A stretch of 62,355 bases of DNA from IMG/VR virus record IMGVR_UViG_3300035156_000134, positions 1 to 62,355 of that record; one strand, 5' to 3'. Below the pieces are notes generated by a model, which was not told the origin of the DNA, did not search any database, and saw nothing but the letters and a program-made list of their open reading frames with translations. Shown here piece by piece: positions 17,182-26,454 of the stretch. This DNA comes from a virus (taxonomy: Duplodnaviria; Caudoviricetes). A program made the position numbers and the translations under genes. Position 1 is the stretch's first letter. Every line of letters begins with the position of its first letter.

Positions 17182-18580
17182 CATGACGCTCGCAGCGTTT
17201 GTCGAGCTGCAGAAGCGCGGCATCGCCACCCGCATGCTGATCATCGCGCCGCTCCGCCCGTGCTACCTCGTGTGGCCGCTCGAGATCGACAAGTGGCAGC
17301 AGTTCGAGCACCTGACCTACTCGGTCTTGCACGGCCCTGACAAGGAAGACCGACTGGCCGACGACGTGGACATCTTCATCATCAACCCAGACGGCCTGGA
17401 CTGGTTGTTCGGCGCGGAGAGCTACGTCAAGAAGTCAGGCAAGAAGGGCGTGCGGCTGAACCTCGATCGGTTCACTGAGCTGAACATCGACACCCTCGTC
17501 ATCGACGAGCTAACCGCCTTTGCCAACATCAGCTCGCAGCGTTTTCAGATGATGAGCGTGGTCGTGCAGTTCTTTCGCCGCCGGTGGGGCCTGACGGGTT
17601 CGCCCGCTGCTAACGGCTTAATGAAGCTGTTCGGCCAGGTCAAGATCGTTGACGAGGGCGCCACCTTCGGCCAGTGGATCACCCACTTCCGCCACAGGTT
17701 CTTCAAGAACAATCCATGGACGCCGTTCAAGTGGGACATCAAGACCATGGAGAAGGACGGCTTCGATGGCGAGGTCGAGATCTACAAGGCCTTAGCCCCG
17801 ATCGCCATGCGGGTGGACGCAGCCGACTACATCGACATGCCGACCATGATCCCGCTCCGCATCGAGGTCCAGCTCCCGCCGAAGGCCATGCTGCTCTACA
17901 AGATGGTCGAGGAAGATATGTTCGCGCTGCTCGACGGGCCCAAGAAGAAGGATGGGCCGTTGCCGATCACGGCGGCCAACGCTGGCGTGGCCCTCGGCAA
18001 GTGCCGCCAGATCGCCAGCGGCGCCATCTACCCAGATGAAGGCTACAACGTCAAGGGCTTCAAGTCTGCACCCGCCTCGCCCGTCACTCGCCAGTATGTG
18101 GTCGTGCATGACGAGAAGCTGAACGCCCTGGAGGAACGCCTCGAGGAACTGCAAGGCCAACCCTACCTGCTCGGCTATGAGTTCCAGCACGACCTGGACC
18201 GGATCCTTAAGCGGTGGCCGAAGACGCCGTACTTCGACAGCGACATGCAGGCATCCAAGAAGCTCGAGCGCCAGTGGAACGACGGCGAGTTGCCACTGCT
18301 GCTGGGTCATCCGCAGTCGATCGGCCATGGGCTCAACATGCAGGAGTCCAGCCGGAACGTCGGGTGGTTCAGCCTGACCTGGAACTATGAGCTCTACGAC
18401 CAGTTCATCAGGCGGGTCCTGCGCCAGGGCAACAAGAGCCAGAAGGTCTTCGTCGACCACTATATCGCCCTCAACACGGTGGACGAGCTCCTCTACCGGC
18501 TGATGGAGCACAAGGCTGGGACTCAAAACCGGCTGTTCGACGCCCTCAAAGATGAGAAAAGGTGGAGAACCTCAAAATAG
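17045..18580 (+). CDS. SNF2-family DNA helicase
   Basis: PGAGKT, IDE, GLTGSP, GHGLNMQ, QFIRRVLRQG. Confidence 0.92.
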   Translation: MMTETRLLERSAKKWIPHKFQKKGLRRLLENAVYLMLASPGAGKTSMTLAAFVELQKRGIATRMLIIAPLRPCYLVWPLEIDKWQQFEHLTYSVLHGPDKEDRLADDVDIFIINPDGLDWLFGAESYVKKSGKKGVRLNLDRFTELNIDTLVIDELTAFANISSQRFQMMSVVVQFFRRRWGLTGSPAANGLMKLFGQVKIVDEGATFGQWITHFRHRFFKNNPWTPFKWDIKTMEKDGFDGEVEIYKALAPIAMRVDAADYIDMPTMIPLRIEVQLPPKAMLLYKMVEEDMFALLDGPKKKDGPLPITAANAGVALGKCRQIASGAIYPDEGYNVKGFKSAPASPVTRQYVVVHDEKLNALEERLEELQGQPYLLGYEFQHDLDRILKRWPKTPYFDSDMQASKKLERQWNDGELPLLLGHPQSIGHGLNMQESSRNVGWFSLTWNYELYDQFIRRVLRQGNKSQKVFVDHYIALNTVDELLYRLMEHKAGTQNRLFDALKDEKRWRTSK

Positions 18581-18583
18581 TTG

Positions 18584-18629
18584 TGTACAGCGTTGTGAGC
18601 TTTGGGTAGACAGGATCCAGCTGAAGGAG
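18584..18629 (+). promoter_or_regulatory. Phage promoter plus leader/RBS motif
   Basis: TGTACA-N17-TAGACA; CAGCTGAAGGAG 18618-18629. Confidence 0.8.
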
Positions 18630-18637
18630 ACTACCCC

Positions 18638-18886
18638 ATGACGACTCTCATCACCCTCGCCGCCGTGTCCATCATCCATGACGGCACGCAGTACGGCTGG
18701 ACCCACGGCATTGTCAGCCTGTCCCACCAGACGGAAGTCTTCGTCGAGTACGAGACTGGCTTCACCCGCACGTTCTTCGTTGAGACCGACGTGCCACTCC
18801 GGGCCTTCATCGACCTGGTCCACATGGTCGAGCGCTCCACGACCGGCCAGACTCCGAAGATCACTGGCCTCACGGTCGCACGGTGA
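18638..18886 (+). CDS. Hypothetical protein
   Basis: ATG after motif RBS. Confidence 0.7.
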   Translation: MTTLITLAAVSIIHDGTQYGWTHGIVSLSHQTEVFVEYETGFTRTFFVETDVPLRAFIDLVHMVERSTTGQTPKITGLTVAR

Positions 18887-19767
18887 CTCCCGAGCCGTTC
18901 CGCCTTCGCTCCTTCACTGGCGTCATGGTGACGCTGGTGGTGGACAAGGACAAGCACACAGTCGTAACGCTCGCGAACAAGGTGTCTTATATCCAGGCCA
19001 AGGTCTGGGACCGCACCGAGTTCGAAGCCGAGTATCAGCCTGTGCGTCTGGTTGAGGACGGCCTCAAGACCACCCTCCAACAATTCCGTGGCTACGCCAT
19101 CTCGGTGGGCATGACGCCTGAGGCTGCGGTCTATCTCACGAAGTTAATCCCCATGGCAGCGTCCGATGTGGCCGCGGCTATCACCCAAGGCCTAGCAACT
19201 TACGCAGGCATCAAGAAGGAAGCAGAACTGATGGCAAAGGCAGAAGGAAATACGGCTCCGCGGAAGCTCGCAGGCGCAGCAGCGCTGGCCGTCAAGCGGA
19301 AGGAAGAGCGACTCGCCGCTGAGGCCAAGGCTCTGGTGTCCGGCGTGTCGGACCAGCTGACTCAGACCGAGGACAAGGCGGCGCCGGACGCCGGCCTCCC
19401 GAAGGGCCCGGTCAAGGGGACCGGCGCCAAGCGCCAGCCAGACAAGCTGCCGAAGGAAACCGCGGACACGCCGAAGACGTTGAAGGCGGCGAAGAAGATC
19501 CTGAAGGGCGACAAGCCGCCGAAGGCCGATGCACAGGTCAAGGGCGGCCAGCTCGACCCGGCCAAGCTCAAGAACAAGGAGGGGAATTGGAAGTCTGCCT
19601 CGGCCATGTTCAAGGGGCTCCTTCTCGAGGGCAAGCTGAACGACGACAATATCGCCAGCGAGGTAGACGCACGGTTCAGCCTCGGCAGCGAGAAGGCTGT
19701 AGCCTACGTCAAGTGGAACCGCGGGTGGTTCCGTCGCGAAGGCATCGAGCTGCCCGCAGCGAAGTAA
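18883..19767 (+). CDS. Lys/Ala-rich hypothetical protein, possibly DNA-binding
   Basis: 294 aa, basic low-complexity linker, small C-terminal helical domain. Confidence 0.75.
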   Translation: MTPEPFRLRSFTGVMVTLVVDKDKHTVVTLANKVSYIQAKVWDRTEFEAEYQPVRLVEDGLKTTLQQFRGYAISVGMTPEAAVYLTKLIPMAASDVAAAITQGLATYAGIKKEAELMAKAEGNTAPRKLAGAAALAVKRKEERLAAEAKALVSGVSDQLTQTEDKAAPDAGLPKGPVKGTGAKRQPDKLPKETADTPKTLKAAKKILKGDKPPKADAQVKGGQLDPAKLKNKEGNWKSASAMFKGLLLEGKLNDDNIASEVDARFSLGSEKAVAYVKWNRGWFRREGIELPAAK

Positions 19768-19770
19768 TCC

Positions 19771-19798
19771 TGGGCGGCTTCGGCCGCCCATCCTCTTT
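19771..19798 (+). terminator. UUCG hairpin, probable terminator
   Basis: TGGGCGGC-TTCG-GCCGCCCA then TCCTCTTT. Confidence 0.65.
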
Positions 19799-19814
19799 GG
19801 CCTAGGAGCCTAGC

Positions 19815-20354
19815 ATGACCGGCACACAACTCTTTATCCTCGTTGCCCTGATTACCATTTTGGCAGGCGCCATGTTCTTGGCCGGCTGGCTTTGGCGGGC
19901 CATCAAGTATCCCGACATGATGACCGACATCGTCGACTTCCACGAAAAGTTCAAGCTCGAGTACGACGGCGGGCCCCGTATCATGCCTGACGACCTGTTT
20001 GACTTCCGCTTCAAGTTCATGCACGAGGAGCTGGCCGAGTATGCCGAAGAGCAGGAGCGCATCTCGCTCTACAACGCTGGCCCGATCCAGCCCATCAAGA
20101 TCGACCAATGCCTGGAGATGCAGCTCGACGCTCTGGTCGACCTCGTCTACGTCACACTCGGCACGGCGTACCTCCAGTTTGGCGGCAAGAATTTCAAGAT
20201 CGCCTGGAACCGGGTGCAGGAAGCCAACATGGCTAAGGTCCGGTGCGAACGGCCTGGCGACAGCAAGCGCGGATCCACGTTCGACGTCATCAAGCCGGCT
20301 GGCTGGACGGCACCGAGTCATATGGATCTGATCCAGCAGCGCCACGCTAGCTGA
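19815..20354 (+). CDS. MazG-like nucleoside triphosphate pyrophosphohydrolase
   Basis: FH.KF, EELAE, DALVDLVYV..G, V..ANMAK, KP.GW..P. Confidence 0.85.
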   Translation: MTGTQLFILVALITILAGAMFLAGWLWRAIKYPDMMTDIVDFHEKFKLEYDGGPRIMPDDLFDFRFKFMHEELAEYAEEQERISLYNAGPIQPIKIDQCLEMQLDALVDLVYVTLGTAYLQFGGKNFKIAWNRVQEANMAKVRCERPGDSKRGSTFDVIKPAGWTAPSHMDLIQQRHAS

Positions 20355-20363
20355 ACTCAACTA

Positions 20364-20409
20364 TGTACAAAGGCTGGGCTGTGCGATAGCCTGGCCTCTG
20401 CTGAAGGAG
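20364..20409 (+). promoter_or_regulatory. Phage promoter plus leader/RBS motif
   Basis: TGTACA-N17-TAGCCT; CTGCTGAAGGAG 20398-20409. Confidence 0.8.
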
Positions 20410-20415
20410 GATCCC

Positions 20416-21435
20416 ATGAAGACGTTTCTATTGAGCCCATTCTACCCGGTGGCAGACAAGCTGGACACCAGCCACCGAGCTGGCTGGGCGCGGTACTGGA
20501 CACGCGCCCTTGGCGAGGTGGAGGTCAAGCCGACCCTGCTGACGACGGCCACCATGCCCGCGCTGGATCAGGCCAAGAAGGGCGACATCATCTACTGTTA
20601 CCACGGCATGGAGTGGGGTGGCGCCATGAACCTGCAGTCCGGCCTGACGAACGAGATCATCGCCCGGGCCGATCGGCTGGTCGACGCTAAGAAGCGGGGC
20701 GTCAAGCTCGTCAGCCTCGATATCCCCATGCCGTCGTATGGCAAGCTGCTCGAGGCCCGAGGCTATGCCCGGTCCGAGCACCTGACGGCCGCACTCGCCA
20801 AGCAGGGGTACCTGAGGGTGCCAAACGAGCGAGCGGCACACGTGATCATGGGAGACAGCCACGCTCTCAGCCAATATGTGCCTGGCGCTGTGATCTACCG
20901 GACCGACGGCCAGACCCTCCACGGCGCCATGCTGGTCGGCCTCGAGAAGCGCCTGGAGAATTGGGCCTTCGAGACGGCGGTGGAGCTAGAGAGTTTGTCA
21001 AAGCTGACCTCGTACTTCGGCAACATCGACATCCGCCACCACATCTGTCGGCTGCCCGACCCGGGCAAAGCTATCAAGGACCTGATCGACGAATACGGCA
21101 AACAGCTGAACTCGATCCGTAACTCTAACAACATCTCTGAAATTGAGGTGGTCCTGCCGCTCCACATCGAGAGCGAGGACCGCGTGCTGCCCAAGACGGG
21201 CTGGTATAAGGGGACACCGTTCTTCGGCACGTGGAGCGAGCGGCATCAGGTCAAGATCGCGATGATGACCCGGATCAAGGCCATGGCCAAGAAGCACGGG
21301 TTCGCGGTGGTCGACCATCCGAAGCACTTCCTCATGCGGAATGGGCAGCTCGACTTCGCCGTGATGGAGACTCCTCGGTCCGTCCACATCCGGCCGTCCG
21401 AGTATCGCCTCATCCAGGAGGGCATGACATGGTGA
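20416..21435 (+). CDS. SGNH/GDSL-fold protein (putative acyltransferase/esterase) of DNA-modification cluster
   Basis: GDSH, G.TL.G, FGNID, SVH blocks in SGNH order. Confidence 0.6.
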   Translation: MKTFLLSPFYPVADKLDTSHRAGWARYWTRALGEVEVKPTLLTTATMPALDQAKKGDIIYCYHGMEWGGAMNLQSGLTNEIIARADRLVDAKKRGVKLVSLDIPMPSYGKLLEARGYARSEHLTAALAKQGYLRVPNERAAHVIMGDSHALSQYVPGAVIYRTDGQTLHGAMLVGLEKRLENWAFETAVELESLSKLTSYFGNIDIRHHICRLPDPGKAIKDLIDEYGKQLNSIRNSNNISEIEVVLPLHIESEDRVLPKTGWYKGTPFFGTWSERHQVKIAMMTRIKAMAKKHGFAVVDHPKHFLMRNGQLDFAVMETPRSVHIRPSEYRLIQEGMTW

Positions 21436-22553
21436 CCGTGTCGCTGAAGTCCATCCGTGACATGATGTGCACCGCTGCTCGGAACGAAGGGATCTTACGG
21501 GACGAGAAGGGCTACCGCGCCAAGATCGTGGACGTGCGTCCCTTCGTGGAAGCGCACAACCGAGGATTGGTGTTCACACCGTACTTCGTCGAGGCTCTGC
21601 ACTATGTGGCCAAGGCGAAGAAGCTGCAGACAGCGTCGCTGGCTGGAAAGAAGGTGCCGAAGGTCGGGGACCCGCTGATGGAGGCCATCCCGATCTACAA
21701 CACGGTCGAGCGCCGCTATGCCGGGTTCAGCAATGTGCTCGAGCACCTCTGGTACGGGGTTGGAGCTCCGAAGTTTTTTCAGAATAGCGCGGCGGGCCGG
21801 CTGCAACCGCTGGTGCATTGGCAGCACCTCGGCAGTGGTAAGAAGCTGGAGGAGTGGCTTTACATTACGTTGGTTCACCGACTGACAGGTAGTGGTGCTA
21901 GCTTCGAGAGTGATCACGGGTGGCGGAACAACCGGGTGGCTGAGATGGCACACCTCGGGGCGCTGGCCAGCATGGCCAAGTTCATCCGCTATTATCCTGA
22001 GCCGATCTTCACGTCGATCGGGAACCAGATCCCGCCGTTCCCACCGATGGGTGGGCGCGCATATCTGCAGGACGTGGCACCGGAGTTCGTGATGCGTGTG
22101 GCTGACGTGCTTCGTGGCGTGGCGATCATCAACAAAGCGCCGATGGGGATCAAGCTGGCTGTCGACACCGTGCTTGGCATCCACAAGACGATGGGCTACA
22201 AGCAGTTCAAGTTCGTCTTCACGGCCTGGGTCATGGACATGGCCGAGTATCTGCCGCACCTGGTGGACCCCAACAGCGATTGTTACCACGGCAAGAACGC
22301 CATCGAGAGCATGAACATCTGCTTTGACCGGCTGCCGACCATGAAGCTTCAGGACTTCTACGACACGGCTACGCGCCTCTTCGCCGACCTCACTGGCACG
22401 AAGCCGATGGACGTGGAGGACGCCAGCCCGGGCTGTGACCTGGTCCGATGGATCGAGAACTACGTCCCCAAGAAGGGCTTCGACCATGTGCTTGAGCAGG
22501 GAGTCTACAACGGCAGCAGTCTCCGGTGGCACGCGGGCAGACAGCCTCAATAG
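21429..22553 (+). CDS. Unknown protein, candidate DNA base transferase
   Basis: 374 aa; position between SGNH and PLP genes; family assignment not secure. Confidence 0.45.
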   Translation: MVTVSLKSIRDMMCTAARNEGILRDEKGYRAKIVDVRPFVEAHNRGLVFTPYFVEALHYVAKAKKLQTASLAGKKVPKVGDPLMEAIPIYNTVERRYAGFSNVLEHLWYGVGAPKFFQNSAAGRLQPLVHWQHLGSGKKLEEWLYITLVHRLTGSGASFESDHGWRNNRVAEMAHLGALASMAKFIRYYPEPIFTSIGNQIPPFPPMGGRAYLQDVAPEFVMRVADVLRGVAIINKAPMGIKLAVDTVLGIHKTMGYKQFKFVFTAWVMDMAEYLPHLVDPNSDCYHGKNAIESMNICFDRLPTMKLQDFYDTATRLFADLTGTKPMDVEDASPGCDLVRWIENYVPKKGFDHVLEQGVYNGSSLRWHAGRQPQ

Positions 22554-22557
22554 ACCA

Positions 22558-22602
22558 TGTACAGCCGCGTGTGGGCATCGTAAGCCAGACCCGCTGAAGG
22601 AG
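22558..22602 (+). promoter_or_regulatory. Phage promoter plus leader/RBS motif
   Basis: TGTACA-N17-TAAGCC; CCGCTGAAGGAG 22591-22602. Confidence 0.8.
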
Positions 22603-22607
22603 ACACC

Positions 22608-23513
22608 ATGTCACACGACACCCATACCAACGACCGCTCGTTCCTCGAGCTCAACCACGGCGCCACCGTCGAGACCTACCGCCAGATGGCGAAGGGTTGG
22701 AAGGACCCGTTTCCGCTCCCCACCATAGCCAAGGTCGGCCTCGATGCCGAGCGAAGCGTGCTCGTAGTCCGAGACGACTTGTCCGAGCTCGGCAGCAAGG
22801 CTCGCTTTGGCAGCCTGCTGGTTCAACGCATGAAGGAGGACACCATTGTCTATGTCGCACCTCGAGTCGGTTGGGCACCGATCAGCCTCGCCAAGCTCTG
22901 CAAGATGTATGGCAAACGGCTCATCCTATTTGCCCCAGCTTCAAAGGATGCGTCAGATCATCAGCGGGTGGCCGTTGAGCTCGGCGGCGAGATGCGCTTC
23001 GCTCGCATCGCAGCCATGCCAGTGCTTCAGCTGCAGGCGAAGGCATTTGCTGAGAAGCACGGCTATCTCTTCGCCCCACTTGGTCTTCGTCATCCCCTGG
23101 TCACAGCGGCGATTGTGGCCACTGCAGACAAGCTCGCGAAGAGGATGGGGTCACCGCCTGCCGAAGTCTGGTCCGCCATGTCAACTGGAGTTTTGGGACG
23201 AGGACTCCAACTGGCCTGGCCTGACGCAGAGTACCACGGCGTTGCGGTTGCTCGGAATATCAAAGCGGGTGAACGTGGTCGAGCTATAATTCACAGCCAC
23301 CCGATGGCGTTCCTGCAGGACGAGAAGAAAGAGTTTCGGCCGCCCTTCCCGTCTGCGTCGAACTACGACGCCAAGGTCTGGAGGTTCATGCAGGACCACG
23401 CACAGGACGGCGCCCTGTTCTGGAACGTAGCCGGCGAAATTCAGCCGACCAAGCCCAACAAGCTCAAGTCCGACGTCGCATGGGGCGATGCTTCGGCCTT
23501 CAAGAGGAAGTAA
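22608..23513 (+). CDS. PLP-dependent enzyme, fold type II (TrpB/cysteine-synthase-like)
   Basis: VRDD..GSKAR lysine motif, W.AMSTGVL..GL, YDAK.W, LFWNV. Confidence 0.75.
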   Translation: MSHDTHTNDRSFLELNHGATVETYRQMAKGWKDPFPLPTIAKVGLDAERSVLVVRDDLSELGSKARFGSLLVQRMKEDTIVYVAPRVGWAPISLAKLCKMYGKRLILFAPASKDASDHQRVAVELGGEMRFARIAAMPVLQLQAKAFAEKHGYLFAPLGLRHPLVTAAIVATADKLAKRMGSPPAEVWSAMSTGVLGRGLQLAWPDAEYHGVAVARNIKAGERGRAIIHSHPMAFLQDEKKEFRPPFPSASNYDAKVWRFMQDHAQDGALFWNVAGEIQPTKPNKLKSDVAWGDASAFKRK

Positions 23514-23514
23514 C

Positions 23515-24465
23515 ATGGCCGACAGAGTCAAACGCATCATCATTCTTGAGGGGCCAGATTGCGCGGGCAAGACCACGCTGGCCCGAGAGCTTAGTGACAG
23601 GTACGGTAGCGAGATGGCCGTCATCCACCAAGGACCGTTCCCTCGAGTGACTGCAGCGCAGCTGCCTCGGTTCTACGTCGAGAGCATGATGCCCGCCATC
23701 AACAACTACACTGGCCTGATCATGGATCGCAGCTGGTTGTCGGAGCCAATCTACGGCAGCGCCTTCCGGGGTGGGACTAACCGCATCAGCGATGTGGCCA
23801 GGCGCCACCTCGAGCGGATCGCCATGCGGCACGGCGCCGTGGTCGTGCTGTGTCTCCCGCCGTGGGAGGCAGTGGCGACCGAGTGGAAGAAGCGGAAGGG
23901 CTTCGACCCGAAGGCCGAGATGCTGGAAGGCCTCGACCAGCTCGAACATGTCTACCAAGGCTACGAGCGGCTGCATCTCGACACGGACCTCCCGGTGGTG
24001 CGCTACAACTACAAGATGCACGGCAGCCAGAACGGGATCATCCGCAGCCAGCTCGAACGGATCGGGGCCCCGCTGCATGAGCTGAGGTCTCGGATGGTCG
24101 GCGACTTGGATGCCCAGGTGATCTTGGTCGGCGAGAAGGCCAGTGACCACACTGACGCTGACGCACTCCGCCAATTCCCGTTCTGTTCATTCAGCAAGCA
24201 GGGCTCCAGCGCATGGTTGACCGAGCAGCTGTGGAAGGCCGACATCTCCGAGCAGGCGCTGCTGTGGCTGAACGCTTCGGACGGTGTCCACCAGATCAAG
24301 GACCTCTACGCCAGACCCACGATTGCGCTCGGCCAAGCTGCGTCCGATGCTTTGACGGCTCTGGGTATCCCGCATGAGATGGTGGCACATCCGCAGTATC
24401 ACAAACGTTTCACCCCAGGGATCGAGTATCCGCTGATCCCGCTGATCAAGTCCCATCTCAAGTAA
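23515..24465 (+). CDS. dNMP kinase fused to a UDG-like C-terminal domain
   Basis: EGPDCAGKTT, DRSWLSEPIYG; then ILVGE..PF..IALG..A..HPQY. Confidence 0.75.
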   Translation: MADRVKRIIILEGPDCAGKTTLARELSDRYGSEMAVIHQGPFPRVTAAQLPRFYVESMMPAINNYTGLIMDRSWLSEPIYGSAFRGGTNRISDVARRHLERIAMRHGAVVVLCLPPWEAVATEWKKRKGFDPKAEMLEGLDQLEHVYQGYERLHLDTDLPVVRYNYKMHGSQNGIIRSQLERIGAPLHELRSRMVGDLDAQVILVGEKASDHTDADALRQFPFCSFSKQGSSAWLTEQLWKADISEQALLWLNASDGVHQIKDLYARPTIALGQAASDALTALGIPHEMVAHPQYHKRFTPGIEYPLIPLIKSHLK

Positions 24466-24477
24466 AGGAACCAGACT

Positions 24478-25299
24478 ATGCAGACCCTCAATAACGCCTG
24501 GTGGGAACAGCTAGCGTTCGTCATGGCTGGAGGCCGTCAGACCAGCCCGCGGGGCCAGCTGACACTGGAGGTGCCGTCCAGAACTCTGAGCTTCGACATG
24601 AACTACCCCGTCGTGGTCCAGCCACTTCGGAAGCTCGGCTACAAGTTCATGGCGGCCGAGGCATGGTGGATCCTGTCAGGCCGGGACGACGTCGACGCCA
24701 TCGCGCCGTACAGCAAGGACATCAGCAAGTTCAGTGACGACGGCCACAAGTTCTACGGCGCCTACGGGCCGAGGATCGTGGCGCAGCTCGACTACGTCGT
24801 CAATGCTCTGCTGTCGGACCCAGACACTCGACAGTCGGTGCTGACCACTTGGCGGCAGAACCCCACCCGCTCGAAGGATGTGCCGTGCACTGTCGCCTTC
24901 AGCTGGATGATCCGGGACGGCGCCTTGGAGTGCCACGTGTTCATGCGGTCGAGTGACAACTGGCTGGGCATTCCGTACGACGCGTTCAACTTCAGCATGC
25001 TGTCGGCCGAGATTGCCCGTCAACTGAACCAGCACCCGCTCCTCCACGGCGTGCCGATCAAGCTCGGTGACTGTCACCTGACGGCCGCGTCGAGCCACAT
25101 CTACCAGCGCAACTTCGATGATGTGCTGGCCGTGCTGAACACAGCTCCGGTCCGGAACAACGGTGTGCCTGTGCCAGTGTCGCTCTACAACCCGGAGGAG
25201 ATGATGCCTTCATACGGGCGGTGGACCAGCGTAGCGGCGTTCCTCGATATCCTCAAGGACACGAAGGCCGGTCACGAGCTTCGCTGGTGGGAACAGTGA
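24478..25299 (+). CDS. Thymidylate-synthase homologue, probable dCMP C5-modifying enzyme (hydroxymethylase-type)
   Basis: GAYGPR, DVPC, MRSSD..LGIPYD (Asp where ThyA has Asn177), HIY. Confidence 0.8.
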   Translation: MQTLNNAWWEQLAFVMAGGRQTSPRGQLTLEVPSRTLSFDMNYPVVVQPLRKLGYKFMAAEAWWILSGRDDVDAIAPYSKDISKFSDDGHKFYGAYGPRIVAQLDYVVNALLSDPDTRQSVLTTWRQNPTRSKDVPCTVAFSWMIRDGALECHVFMRSSDNWLGIPYDAFNFSMLSAEIARQLNQHPLLHGVPIKLGDCHLTAASSHIYQRNFDDVLAVLNTAPVRNNGVPVPVSLYNPEEMMPSYGRWTSVAAFLDILKDTKAGHELRWWEQ

Positions 25300-25823
25300 A
25301 CACGAAGCGGCTGAGTAGGGAGGCCTGGGCAATGGAGGTTGCCCGGGTCACTGCCAAACGGGCCTCATGCCTCCGCCGCGCAGTCGGCTGTGTGCTGCTG
25401 GACTCGGACGGCTTTATTCTGTCCACCGGCTACAACGGTGTCGCTGCGGGCCAGCCACATTGCAATCGGCAAGCCCAAGACACGTGGCCAGATGGCGATC
25501 CGTTAGGCCCGGTGCAGTATCCGTCGGCTTGCCCCGGCGCTTTCGCCCAGAGCGGCACGAACCTAGATGGTTGCCATGCCATCCACGCCGAGCAGAACGC
25601 GCTCCTACGGTGTGCCGACGTCCGCAGGATCCACAGCTGCTTTGTCACCGCCAGCCCGTGCATGACCTGCACGAAGCTGCTGATGAACACGTCGTGTGAA
25701 CGGATCATCTTCGACCAACCTTATCCGCACAGCGAGGCTGAGCTGCTGTGGATTAACGTCCGGCCAGCTCGCCGCTGGCTCAGCTTCGCAGATTACATGG
25801 AGAACGAAGATGCAGATAGTTAA
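25296..25823 (+). CDS. dCMP deaminase
   Basis: C.RR.VG, TGYNG, HAEQNA, SPCMTC. Confidence 0.93.
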   Translation: MNTKRLSREAWAMEVARVTAKRASCLRRAVGCVLLDSDGFILSTGYNGVAAGQPHCNRQAQDTWPDGDPLGPVQYPSACPGAFAQSGTNLDGCHAIHAEQNALLRCADVRRIHSCFVTASPCMTCTKLLMNTSCERIIFDQPYPHSEAELLWINVRPARRWLSFADYMENEDADS

Positions 25824-26454
25824 TGCCTCCACCGTCGACTTCGTCGACAAGCTCGGGACCGACCTGACCGTGGTTAATGCGGCTCGCGTGTCGTTTGACA
25901 AGCACGTCGACCACATGGAGCTCGGCGACGTCAAACTGCTAGGCTACCTCGGTAAGCACGGCCACTGGTCGCCGTTCGCCCATGCGCAGGTGCAGCTGCG
26001 GATCACGGCCCCGATCTTCGTAGCGCGTCAGCTCGTCAAGCATCAGATCGGCTTGGTCTGGAACGAGGTCAGCCGCCGCTACGTCAGCGATGAACCGACC
26101 TACTTCCTGCCGACCGTGTGGCGAGGCAAGCCGATCAACGGCGCTAAGCAGGGCAGCTCGGGCGAAGTCATCCTGCCGCAGGATTTGATCGACGCAGCGG
26201 ACAAGCTGATGAGCGACTCGATCGACGTCTACCAGGCCTATATGGACTGCGGCGTGGCGCCTGAGCAGGCTCGCATGTTCCTGCTGCAGAACATGATGAC
26301 GTCGTGGTACTGGACGGGCTCGCTCTATGCGTGCGCCCGGGTGTGCCATTTGCGGCTGGATGCCCATGCACAGGGCGAGTCGACCGATGTGGCGAAGGAG
26401 ATTGACAGGATCTGCCGAGAGCACTTCCCACATGCGTGGGCAGCTCTGATCTAG
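25810..26454 (+). CDS. thyX: Flavin-dependent thymidylate synthase
   Basis: VNAARVSF, HWSPF, APIFVARQLVKH, NEVSRRY, APEQARM. Confidence 0.93.
   Translation: MQIVNASTVDFVDKLGTDLTVVNAARVSFDKHVDHMELGDVKLLGYLGKHGHWSPFAHAQVQLRITAPIFVARQLVKHQIGLVWNEVSRRYVSDEPTYFLPTVWRGKPINGAKQGSSGEVILPQDLIDAADKLMSDSIDVYQAYMDCGVAPEQARMFLLQNMMTSWYWTGSLYACARVCHLRLDAHAQGESTDVAKEIDRICREHFPHAWAALI

Noticed and set aside
21231-21428. Upstream extension of the 440-aa ORF
   Set aside because: Overlaps the SGNH gene; ATG at 21429 with GGAGG RBS is the likely start
24478-25299. Ordinary ThyA or dUMP hydroxymethylase (YuA/M6-type thymidine modification)
   Set aside because: Asp at the Asn177-equivalent position and a separate ThyX favour a dCMP substrate; not excluded without an assay
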